Shown: piece by piece, positions 24,026-37,800 of the stretch
Layout of the letters: every line of letters begins with the position of its first letter
Numbering within the stretch: position 1 is the first letter of the stretch
Translations under genes and position numbers: made by a program
The notes under the pieces: model-generated
Database searches by the model: none
Told to the model about the DNA's origin: nothing
The model's input: only the letters and a program-made list of their open reading frames with translations
Assembly (NCBI GenBank): GCA_964016885.1
Contig: CAXHJY010001209.1
Coordinates: forward strand, 24,690-88,689
Source: Eledone cirrhosa
Lineage: Eukaryota
DNA: 64,000 nt
Reading direction: 5' to 3'

Positions 24026-24493
24026 TGTATTAGACGAGGATGGAGATATATCTCTCCTGATAGCTACCGTATTAGACGAGGATGGAGATATATCTCTCCT
24101 GATAGCTACCGTATTAGACGAGGATGGAGATATATCTCTCCTGATTGCTACCGTATTAGACGAGGATGGAGATATATCTCTCCTGATTGCTACCGTATTA
24201 GACGAGGATGGAGATATATCTCTCCTGATTGCTACCGTATTAGACGAGGATGGAGATATATCTCTCCTGATTGCTACCGTATTAGACGAGGATGGAGATA
24301 TATCTCTCCTGATAGCTACCATATTAGACGAGGATGGAGATGTCTCTCTCCTGATTGCTACCGTATTAGACGAGGATGGAGATATATCTCTCCTGATTGC
24401 TACCGTATTAGACGAGGATGGAGATATATCTCACCTGATAGCTACCGTATTAAACGAGGATAGAGATATCTCTCTCTCCTGATAGCTACCGTA
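24026..24493. repeat. 42-bp minisatellite, ~11 copies
   Basis: (GTATTAGACGAGGATGGAGATATATCTCTCCTGATWGCTACC)n with no spacers. Confidence 0.95.
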
Positions 24494-24798
24494 CTAGTTG
24501 GATCTCTCTCTCTCTCTCTCTCTCCCTCCCTCTCTCTCTCTCTCTCTCTCCTAATAGCTATGTATTAAACGAGGAAGAAGATGTTTTTCTCTCCTAATAA
24601 CAAAATGGGTATGAAGTTGTTTCTAGCCCTCGTGTGATACGTGTGGTGATTTAATACTGTTAGTTTATCAAGTAAAGCTTTTAAAAGCTTAGTTAATAAA
24701 TTTGGCAAACACTATTTCATACAACCAGTATTGCAGGCGCCAAGCAACTTACGATATGTTTCATTCTCGTGGTAAAAGCTCACTCACTCTCATTCTCC

Positions 24799-24840
<42 letters not shown>

Positions 24841-24955
24841 TAGATAGATATATATATATAATCATCCTTATCGAGCCCACTTCAGATTTTGGGCTTTGTA
24901 ATTTATTATTACTATATCTCTCGTTCTCTCTCTCCATACATATATATATTATATA

Positions 24956-25036
<81 letters not shown>

Positions 25037-25428
25037 CATCTGCCGTTTGTTTGTAATAAGTTTCTAAGTCTATTATTTTGTCAACCCTTCCAGACCCTTG
25101 CAATATCATCATTAGGAGGGTTCTTCGTTGTCATTTTATAATTTCTTCACCAGATTTTGAATCTTAACGTTGACCGTTCGACTCCCACGCCACATATTAC
25201 AATTTGGTTCCCAAATCAACAGCCAGTGTGGTACAAGGCACTCGATTAACATACATTGGGATATGTGACTAATTAACAAATTTGGGGTTTAAATCTTTCA
25301 ACCAGGTCACATATGAAAATGTCATCAATAGATTTTCCTTATCTTTCCTCGGCAGTGCACAGTGCAATGTTTGTTTTAACTAAACATTATGTGTGTCTGT
25401 GCGTCTGTGTATAAATAAATATGGTTAT

Positions 25429-25493
<65 letters not shown>

Positions 25494-26024
25494 GAGAGAG
25501 AGAGAGAGGGAGAGAGGAAAATATTCAGGACCCCGACGGCTGAGCTCTGGCCGTTTCGACAGCTCATGGTACGTCATGGTCCACCGGGTATCTTACCATA
25601 CTTTTGTTATATATATATATATATATATATATACATACACATATATATGGGTGGGTGTGTGTGTGTTTGTGTATGGGCCGAGAGAGAGAGAGAGAGAGTG
25701 GCTACCTACAGGTTTCTCTTCGGCATGTTCACCAAAATATTCATAGTTATGCTAATGATGTGTGGCAGGAGTCAAAGGAAGGGGTCCTTGGAAAAATTGA
25801 GACGATAATTCTTAGTAGAACCCATATCGATGACAACCATTCCGAGGAAGGATTCGAACTCAGAAGGTGAACAGAAGCAACTAAATACTTTTAAACTATT
25901 CTCTGCGATGTTCAAACCCATTCGGCCAAGGTTTTGACCTTAGAAAAAGACGTTTTAAGAATTCTATGAAGAATTATTGATAAAATAATGGAAATATAAG
26001 GAATTCCCTGAAGATATTGTGTCT

Positions 26025-26840
26025 ATATGTGTATGGCTGTGTATGGCTGTGTATGGCCGTGTGTGTGTGGCTGTGTGTGTGTGGCTGTGTGTATATGGCT
26101 GTGTATGAATGTGTATGGCCGTGTGTGTGTGGCTGTGTGTGTATGGCTGTGTGTGTGTGTGTGGCTGTGTGTGTGTGGCTGTGTGTGTGTGGCTGTGTGT
26201 GTGTGTGGCTGTGTGTGTGTGGCTGTGTGTGTGTGACTGTGTGTGTGTGGCTGTGTGTGTGTGTGGCTGTGTGTGTATGGCTGTGTGTGTGTGGCTGTGT
26301 GTGTGTGGCTGTGTGTGTGTGGCTGTGTGTGTGTGGTTGTGTGTGTGCGTGGCTATGTGTGTGTGGCCGTGTGTGTGTGGCTGTGTGTGTGTGGCTGTGT
26401 GTGTGTGGCTGTGTATATGGCTGTGTATGAATGTGTATGACTGTGTGTGGCTGTGTGTGTATGGCTGTGTGTGTATGGCCGTGTGTGTGTGGCTGTGTGT
26501 GTGTGGCCGTGTGTGTGTGGCTGTGTGTGTGTGTGGCTGTGTGTGTGTGGCTGTGTGTGTGTGACTGTGTGTGTGTGGCTGTGTGTGTGTGTGTGGCTGT
26601 GTGTGTGTGGGCTGTGTGTATGTGACTGTGTGTGTGGCTGTGTGTGTGTGTGGCTGTGTGTGTATGGCTGTGTGTGTGTGGCTGTGTGTGTGTGGCCGTG
26701 TGTGTGTGGCTGTGTGTGTGTGTGGTTGTGTGTGTTTATGTGTTGTGTGTGGCTGTGTGTGTGTGTGGCTGTGTGTGTGTGTGGCTGTGTGTGTTTTATG
26801 TGTTGTGTGTATGTGGCTGTGTGTGTTTATGTGTTGTGTG
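26025..26840. repeat. Interrupted (TG)n-GGC microsatellite array
   Basis: Visible (GT)n runs punctuated by GGCT/GGCC. Confidence 0.9.
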
Positions 26841-27080
26841 TAAGTGTGTTTTATATGTAATGATTTTTATGTACATTCTAGAATAAATACATTCAGCTGT
26901 GTATATATATATATGTGTGTGTATATGTATATATATATAAATATATGTGTGAATGTACGTATGTGTATAGTATATATATATGCATATATATATATATATG
27001 CATATATATATATATACATAGATGAATATACATTCATATATATGTATGTATATATATGGTAATATATATGTATATATATG

Positions 27081-27114
<34 letters not shown>

Positions 27115-27162
27115 TATATATATATACATATATGAATGTAGATTCATATATATGTATGTATA

Positions 27163-27215
<53 letters not shown>

Positions 27216-28605
27216 CACACACACATATATTTATATATATACACATACATGAATGTAGATTCATCTATGTGTATGCATGTATGTATATGTGCTTATGTTC
27301 ACAGTTGTGTGTCACAGTATGTATGTGAGCATATATGCGAATGTACACAAACAACAACAACAACAACACCAACAACATCTAGTGTCAATTTCTAACTGAC
27401 CACATCAATGCCACCTCATTACTTAAGGTTTCACGTCGATCCAAACACCCTTCACTACCACGCCCCCTCCACCACCACGGCCCCTCCACTCTCTCCACCA
27501 CCCAATCCCTCTTCACCAACACTACTCTACCACCACCACCCCTCCACCCCTTCACCACCACGCCCCTCCATCTCCAAGCCCCCTTCACCAACACTACTCT
27601 ACCACCACACTCCATCCACCCTCTTCACCACCACCACGCCCCCTCCCACTCTCTCCACCACCTCCAAGCCCCCTTCACTAACACTACTCTACCACGACCT
27701 CCACCCCACCCCTCCACCTTTCCACCCCCTTCACCATGCCCCTCCACCCTCTCCACCACCTCCAATGCCCCTTCACCAACACTACTCTACCACCACACTC
27801 CCTCCACCCCCTTCATCACCACCACGCCCCCTCCACTCTCCCCACCATCTCCAAGCACCCCACCCACCCACCCCACCCCTCTACCACCACACCGCCTCCA
27901 CCCTCTCCAACAGGCAAACTTCACCATATATGTCTACAAAAATCGAACTGGCCTGACCATCCAAAGTCGGTCGTCGTTCAGTGGTCCCCTCCCCTGGCCT
28001 AACCTCACATTGCGATGGTGAAAAATTTGAAGAGAGTAAAGAGAGAGACAGATGACATCAATTTTAAGCAGACTTTCCAACCACTTGTCATTCACATTGC
28101 CTATCTGTCTCTCTCTTTCTCTCTCCCAATTTTTCACCATAGCAATGCTGGTGGGGGGAGGGGGAGTAAATATGTTTCACAACACACACATACATATACA
28201 AACACATACAAACACATACAAACACATACAAACACACACACACATACATATACAAACACATACAAACACACACACACATTCATATACAAACACATACAAA
28301 CACACACACACATACATATACAAACACATACAAACACACACACACATACATATACAAACAGATACAAACACACACACACTCACGTATATATATATATATT
28401 AGAGACAGAGAAAGAAAGAAATGGACGTGCGAGGAAGTTATGTATATAATGTACACATACATATATATATATAATTAGTCACAATATATATATATTTATA
28501 TATATATATATATATAATATATATATATATATTATATAATTAGTTACAATATATATAATTTTATATATAAAATATATATATATAAAATTAGTTACAATAT
28601 ATATA

Positions 28606-28649
<44 letters not shown>

Positions 28650-28700
28650 GTTACAATATATATATATATTTGTATTTGCACCCTTATGGTATGGAAATAA

Positions 28701-28780
28701 GCTGTCTGAAGATCTAATTCTTTCCATTGGAAATTCTCTGGATTTCCAATCTTTTGATTAGTGAAACCGTCGGTAACAGC
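28701..28780 (+). ncRNA. Complete type I hammerhead with a long structured helix II
   Basis: GCUGU CUGAAGA U CUAAUU..AUUGGAAAUU-CUCUG-GAUUUCCAAU..GAUUAG U GAA ACC-GUC-GGU A ACAGC; predicted cleavage after A28775. Confidence 0.85.
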
Positions 28781-28910
28781 AATAGAACAGGTGAATATTT
28801 AAATCGTTTTTTAATTTATTTAAAACATTGTTTGATAATTGCTTGCTCCGCTCATTTTTACATATATATATATATATATATATAATTATTTACTATATAT
28901 ATATATATAT

Positions 28911-29102
28911 CGGACCGAGGGAACAATGTTTCCGTTGGTCTTTCCAATTGCTAATACTATCTATCGGTCGCAACTCCAGGTAGAAGGAGCAACGTGAAAA
29001 AAAAGTGTCTTGCTCAAGGACATAACGCATCGCCTGGTCCAGGAATCGAACTCACAACCTTACGATTGCGAATCCAATTCTCTAACCACTCCGCCACACG
29101 CC
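28911..29102 (-). mobile_element. SINE family 2 inserted in (TA)n
   Basis: Minus strand GGCGTGTGGCGGAGTGGTTAG..GAGTTCGATTCC; homologous to 7428 and 52780. Confidence 0.9.
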
Positions 29103-29141
29103 TTTATATATATATATATAAATATATATATATATTGTAAC

Positions 29142-29185
<44 letters not shown>

Positions 29186-29206
29186 AATATATATATATAT
29201 TGTAAC

Positions 29207-29287
<81 letters not shown>

Positions 29288-29541
29288 TATATATATATTA
29301 TATATATATATATATATGTATATATTATATATATATTATATATATATATATATATTATATATATATATATATATTATATATATATATATATTATATATAA
29401 TATATATATATTATATATATATATATTATATATATATATATTATATATATATATATTATATATATATATTATATATATATATATTATATATATATATAAT
29501 ATATATATATTATATATATATATAATATATATATATATATT

Positions 29542-29584
<43 letters not shown>

Positions 29585-29730
29585 TATTATATATATATAT
29601 ATTATATATATATATAATATATATATTATATATATATATAATATATATATATATATATTATATATATATATAATATATATATTATATATATATATAATAT
29701 ATATATATATATTATATATATATATAATAT

Positions 29731-29772
<42 letters not shown>

Positions 29773-29776
29773 ATAT

Positions 29777-29809
<33 letters not shown>

Positions 29810-29811
29810 AT

Positions 29812-29864
<53 letters not shown>

Positions 29865-31149
29865 ACAACCCACTGTACAGATGCAAGTACACACACACAC
29901 TATTTCCTTCTTGCATGCAAGCATATACGTGTTATTGTGTATATATATATATGTATAACTGTACCACTGTATGTTTGTGCGTGTGCTTTCTTTTTGTCTG
30001 TATCTATGTATGGGTGTAGTGTGTGTGTCAATAATTATATGTGGTTGTACTTTTATATGTGCTTGCATATGTGTATATATATATGTATGTGTATGTCTAT
30101 GTGTGTATTTCTGTGTCTAGCCGTGTATGGATATGTGTATGTGTGTGTGTATATATGTGTATGTATGGTATGTGTGTATGTATCTAAGTGCAGTTGGGCA
30201 TGCATCCATTAAAAGTCTACATAGATATTTACATCAAACATCTACGCCTGATTGATCACCTAAAACTTGGTCACAACAAATTATCCCAGACCCAATCAAC
30301 CAATCAATAAACAATACTAATCATGTGATTACCAAATCTGTTGCTAGTGTTGTTGTTGTTGTTTTTAGTGATGTGGTTTCTGTGGTTGTTGTTGTTATTG
30401 ATATGGCTTTTATGGTTGTTGTTCTTACAGTTGTTCTTGTTGCTGTTGTTGTTGTAGTTTTTATTGATGTGATTTTTGTGGTTGTTGTTCTTACAGTTGT
30501 TGTTGTTGTTGTTATTGTTGTTATTGTTGTTTTATTCTGGCTGTTGTTGTTAATGTTATTGTTGTTGTTATTCTTACTATGGCCGTTGTAGTTGATGTTC
30601 ATGCAATTGTTGTTGTTGTTTTTATTGTAGGTATTGTTGTTGCTATTGATGTTGTTATTATTTTTCCATCTATTGTTGTTATTGTTGTGGTTGATGTTGT
30701 TCTCGTTGTCGCTGTTGTTATATATGTATATTGGTACTCACATTGATATGTTGATGTTATTGTTGATGTTATTGTTGTTGCCACTGTTGTTGTTGGTAGT
30801 GGTGGTATGCTTTGTGGCATTGAGTTACGGCCCTTTACTCTCTGAGTTGAAGTCAACAGCAACAGCAGCGACAACAACAACAACAACATCAGCAGCAACA
30901 GCAACAGCAGCAGTAAATAACAGCAACAACAGCAGCAACAATAGCAAACAACAGCAGCAAACAACAACAACAATAGCAACAGCAATAGCAACAACAGCAG
31001 CAAACAACAGCAGCAACAATAGCAAACAACAGCAACAAACAACAACAACAACAGCAACAGCAGTAGCAACAACAGCAGCAAACAAGGGTAGCAACAACAA
31101 CAATAACAACAGCAACAACAACAGCAACAACAACAACAACAACAACAGC

Positions 31150-31216
<67 letters not shown>

Positions 31217-31593
31217 GCAACAGCAACAACAGTAAAGACATAAGTGGAGCTAGAACAACTAAGAAGCTGTCACTGTAAATATGGTGGATGGCATTTAACA
31301 GATTCAACACCGCAAAAATATGTTAGTGTGACGGTATTTGGTAGATCAAAGAACGGTGGTAGGTGATGGTAGGTGATGGTAGATAGGTGAATGGTGGTAG
31401 GTGATGGTAGGTGATGGTAGGTGATGTGTTGTTTCGTTGAGGTACCTTATACTGTGATACATTCCACCCAATACCCACCCGCCTTGGATGCCATCATCAT
31501 CATCGTGTATGATACATGCCAAGGTTTCTAACACTATCAGCATCACCAACACCAATATCAACCTTCAAAAATGTCATCTCCAGCTTTACCAAT

Positions 31594-34500
31594 AGCACTA
31601 GCAACACCAATACCACTAGCAACACCAATACCACTAGCAACACAACACCAATACCACTAGCAACACCAATACCACTAGCAACACCAATAGCACTAGCAAC
31701 ACCAATACCACTAGCAACACCAATACCACTAGCAACACAACACCAATACCACTAGCAACACCAATACCACTAGCAACACCAATAGCACTAGCAACACCAA
31801 TACCACTAGCAACACCAATAGCACTAGCAACACCAATACCACTAGCAACACCAATACCACTAGCAACACCAATACCACTAGCAACACCAATACCACTAGC
31901 AACACCAATAGCACTAGCAACACCATTAGCACTAGCAACACCAATACCACTAACAACACCAATACCACTAGCAACACCAATACCACTAGCAACACCAATA
32001 CCACTAGCAACACCAATACCACTAGCAACACCAATAGCACTAGCAACACCAATAGCACTAGCAACACCAATACCACTAGCAACACGAATACCACTAGCAA
32101 CACCAATACCACTAGCAACACCAATACCACTAGCAACACCAATAGCACTAGCAACACCATTAGCACTAGCAACACCAATACCACTAACAACACCAATACC
32201 ACTAGCAACACCAATACCACTAGCAACACCAATACCACTAGCAACACCAATAGCACTAGCAACACCATTAGCACTAGCAACACCAATACCACTAGCAACA
32301 CCAATAGCACTAGCAACACCATTAGCACTAGCAACACCAATACCACTAACAACACCAATACCACTAGCAACACCAATACCACTAGCAACACCAATACCAC
32401 TAGCAACACCAATACCACTAGCAACACCAATAGCACTAGCAACACCATTAGCACTAGCAACACCAATACCACTAACAACACCAATACCACTAGCAACACC
32501 AATACCACTAGCAACACCAATACCACTAGCAACACCAATAGCACTAGCAACACCATTAGCACTAGCAACACCAATACCACTAGCAACACCAATAGCACTA
32601 GCAACACCATTAGCACTAGCAACACCAATACCACTAGCAACACCAATAGCACTAGCAACACCAATACCACTAGCAACACCAATAGCACTAGCAACACCAA
32701 TAGCACTAGCAACACCATTAGCACTAGCAACACCAATACCACTAGCAACACCAATAGCACTAGCAACACCATTAGCACTAGCAACACCAATACCACTAGC
32801 AACACCAATACCACTAACAACACCAATACCACTAGCAACACCAATACCACTAGCAACACCAATACCACTAGCAACACCAATAGCACTAGCAACACCATTA
32901 GCACTAGCAACACCAATACCACTAGCAACACCAATACCACTAGCAACACCAATACCACTAGCAACACCAATACCACTAGCAACACCAATAGCACTAGCAA
33001 CACCATTAGCACTAGCAACACCAATACCACTAGCAACACCAATACCACTAGCAACACCAATACCACTAGCAACACCAATACCACTAGCAACACCAATACC
33101 ACTAGCAACACCAATACCACTAGCAACACCAATAGCACTAGCAACACCAATACCACTAGCAACACCAATACCACTAGCAACACCAATAGCACTAGCAACA
33201 CCAATACCACTAGCAACACCAATAGCACTAGCAACACCAATACCACTAGCAACACCAATAGCACTAGCAACACCAATAGCACTAGCAACACCAATACCAC
33301 TAGCAACACCAATACCACTAGCAACACCAATAGCACTAGCAACATCATTAGCACTAGCAACACCAATACCACTAGCAACACCAATAGCACTAGCAACACC
33401 AATAGCACTAGCAACACCAATAGCACTAGCAACACCAATAGCACTAGCAACACCATTAGCACTAGCAACACCAATACCACTAGCAACACCAATACCACTA
33501 GCAACACCAATACCACTAGCAACACCAATAGCACTAGCAACACCAATAGCACTAGCAACACCAATACCACTAGCAACACCAATACCACTAGCAACACCAA
33601 TAGCACTAGCAACACCAATACCACTAGCAACACCAATACCACTAGCAACACCAATACCACTAGCAACACCAATAGCACTAGCAACATCATTAGCACTAGC
33701 AACACCAATACCACTAGCAACACCAATAGCACTAGCAACACCAATACCACTAGCAACACCAATACCACTAGCAACACCAATACCACTAGCAACACCAATA
33801 CCACTAGCAACACCAATAGCACTAGCAACATCATTAGCACTAGCAACACCAATACCACTAGCAACACCAATAGCACTAGCAACACCAATACCACTAGCAA
33901 CACCAATACCACTAGCAACACCAATACCACTAGCAACACCAATACCACTAGCAACACCAATACCACTAGCAACACCAATAGCACTAGCAACATCATTAGC
34001 ACTAGCAACATCATTAGCACTAGCAACACCAATAGCACTAGCAACACCAATAGCACTAGCAACACCAATACCACTAGCAACACCAATACCACTAGCAACA
34101 CCAATACCACTAGCAACACCAATAGCACTAGCAACACCAATACCACTAGCAACACCAATACCACTAGCAACACCAATACCACTAGCAACACCAATACCAC
34201 TAGCAACACCAATAGCACTAGCAACACCAATACCACTAGCAACACCAATAGCACTAGCAACACCAATACCACTAGCAACACCAATACCACTAGCAACACC
34301 AATACCACTAGCAACACCAATAGCACTAGCAACACCAATACCACTAGCAACACCAATACCACTAGCAACACCAATACCACTAGCAACACCAATACCACTA
34401 GCAACACCAATAGCACTAGCAACATCATTAGCACTAGCAACACCAATACCACTAGCAACACCAATACCACTAGCAACACCAATACCACTAGCAACACCAA

Positions 34501-34793
34501 TAGCACTAGCAACACCAATACCACTAGCAACACCAATACCACTAGCAACACCAATAGCACTAGCAACACCAATACCACTAGCAACACCAATACCACTAGC
34601 AACACCAATACCACTAGCAACACCAATAGCACTAGCAACACCATTAGCACTAGCAACACCAATACCACTAGCAACACCAATAGCACTAGCAACACCAATA
34701 CCACTAGCAACACCAATACCACTAGCAACACCAATAGCACTAGCAACACCAATAGCACTAGCAACACCAATACCACTAGCAACACCAATACCA
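31594..34793. repeat. 18-bp satellite (CCACTAGCAACACCAATA and variants), roughly 175 units
   Basis: Homogeneous tandem array with recurring point variants (ATAGCA, ATTAGCA, ATCATT, CTAACA). Confidence 0.97.
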
Positions 34794-34834
34794 ATGTTGT
34801 TACCCAATATCACCACCAATACTAACACCAATTC

Positions 34835-37800
34835 AACACCAACACCACTAGCAACACCACTAGCAACACCACCACCAACACCACTAGCAACACCACTAGC
34901 AACACCACCCACACCACTAGCAACACCACTAGCAACACCACCAGCAACACCACCAACACCACTAGCAACACCACCACCAACACCACTAGCAACACCACTA
35001 GCAACACCACTAGCAACACCACCAACACCACTAGCAACACCACCACCAACACCACTAGCAACACCACTAGCAACACCACTAGCAACACCACCAATACCAC
35101 TAGCAACACCACCCACACCACTAGCAACACCACCAACACCAACACCACTAGCAACACCACCAACACCACTAGCAACACCACCAACACCACTAGCAACACC
35201 ACCAACACCAACACCACTAGCAACACCACCAACACCACTAGCAACACCACCAACACCACTAGCAACACCACCAACACCAACACCACTAGCAACACCACCA
35301 ACACCACTAGCAACACCACCAACACCAACACCACTAGCAACACCACCAACACCACTAGCAACACCACCAACACCACTAGCAACACCACCAACACCACTAG
35401 CAACACCACCAACACCACTAGCAACACCACCAACACCACTAGCAACACCACCAACACCAACACCACTAGCAACACCACCAACACCACTAGCAACACCACC
35501 AACACCACTAGCAACACCACCAACACCACTAGCAACACCACCAACACCGACACCACTAGCAACACCACCAACACCACTAGCAACACCACCAACACCACTA
35601 GCAACACCACCAACACCACTAGCAACACCACCAACACCACTAGCAACACCACCAACACCAACACCACTAGCAACACCACCAACACCACTAGCAACACCAC
35701 CAGCAACACCACCAACACCACTAGCAACACCACCACCAACACCACTAGCAACACCACTAGCAACACCACCCACACCACTAGCAACACCACTAGCAACACC
35801 ACCAGCAACACCACCAACACCACTAGCAACACCACCACCAACACCACTAGCAACACCACTAGCAACACCACTAGCAACACCACCAACACCACTAGCAACA
35901 CCACCACCAACACCACTAGCAACACCACTAGCAACACCACTAGCAACACCACCAACACCACTAGCAACACCACCCACACCACTAGCAACACCACCAACAC
36001 CAACACCACTAGCAACACCACCAACACCACTAGCAACACCACCAACACCAACACCACTAGCAACACCACCAACACCACTAGCAACACCACCAACACCAAC
36101 ACCACTAGCAACACCACCAACACCACTAGCAACACCACCAACACCAACACCACTAGCAACACCACCAACACCACTAGCAACACCACCAACACCAACACCA
36201 CTAGCAACACCACCCACACCACTAGCAACACCACCAACACCAACACCACTAGCAACACCACCAACACCACTAGCAACACCACCAACACCAACACCACTAG
36301 CAACACCACCAACACCACTAGCAACACCACCAACACCAACACCACTAGCAACACCACCAACACCAACACCTCTAGCAACACCACCAACACCACTAGCAAC
36401 ACCACCAACACCAACACCACTAGCAACACCACCAACACCAACACCACTAGCAACACCACCAACACCACTAGCAACACCACCAACACCAACACCACTAGCA
36501 ACACCACCCACACCACTAGCAACACCACCAACACCAACACCACTAGCAACACCACCAACACCACTAGCAACACCACCAACACCAACACCACTAGCAACAC
36601 CACCAACACCAACACCACTAGCAACACCACCAACACCAACACCACTAGCAACACCACCAACACCACTAGCAACACCACCAACACCAACACCACTAGCAAC
36701 ACCACCCACACCACTAGCAACACCACCAACACCAACACCACTAGCAACACCACCAACACCACTAGCAACACCACCAACACCAACACCACTAGCAACACCA
36801 CCAACACCACTAGCAACACCACCAACACCAACACCACTAGCAACACCACCAACACCAACACCACTAGCAACACCACCAACACCACTAGCAACACCACCAA
36901 CACCAACACCACTAGCAACACCACCAACACCAACACCACTAGCAACACCACCAACACCACTAGCAACACCACCAACACCAACACCACTAGCAACACCACC
37001 CACACCACTAGCAACACCACCAACACCACTAGCAACACCACCAACACCACTAGCAACACCACCAACACCAACACCACTAGCAACACCACCAACACCACTA
37101 GCAACACCACCAACACCAACACCACTAGCAACACCACCAACACCAACACCACTAGCAACACCACCCACACCACTAGCAACACCACCAACACCAACACCAC
37201 TAGCAACACCACCAACACCACTAGCAACACCACCAACACCAACACCACTAGCAACACCACCAACACCACTAGCAACACCACCAACACCAACACCACTAGC
37301 AACACCACCCACACCACTAGCAACACCACCAACACCAACACCACTAGCAACACCACTAGCAACACCACCAACACCACTAGCAACACCAGCAACACCACTA
37401 GCAACACCACCAACACCACTAGCAACACCACCAACACCACTAGCAACACCACCAACACCACTAGCAACACCACCAACACCAACACCACTAGCAACACCAC
37501 CAACACCACTAGCAACACCACCAACACCAACACCACTAGCAACACCACCAACACCACTAGCAACACCACCAACACCACTAGCAACACCACCAACACCAAC
37601 ACCACTAGCAACACCACCAACACCACTAGCAACACCACCAACACCACTAGCAACACCACCAACACCAACACCACTAGCAACACCACCAACACCACTAGCA
37701 ACACCACCAACACCACTAGCAACACCACCAACACCAACACCACTAGCAACACCACCAACACCACTAGCAACACCACCAACACCACTAGCAACACCACCAA

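Noticed and set aside
24026-24493. Possible CRISPR array (also considered for 49908-50425)
   Set aside because: Head-to-tail repeats with no unique spacers, no cas genes, and a eukaryotic context.
25690-25810. Second RTE-like C-terminal remnant
   Set aside because: Only faint FGHV/MMCG-like similarity across frameshifts; insufficient.
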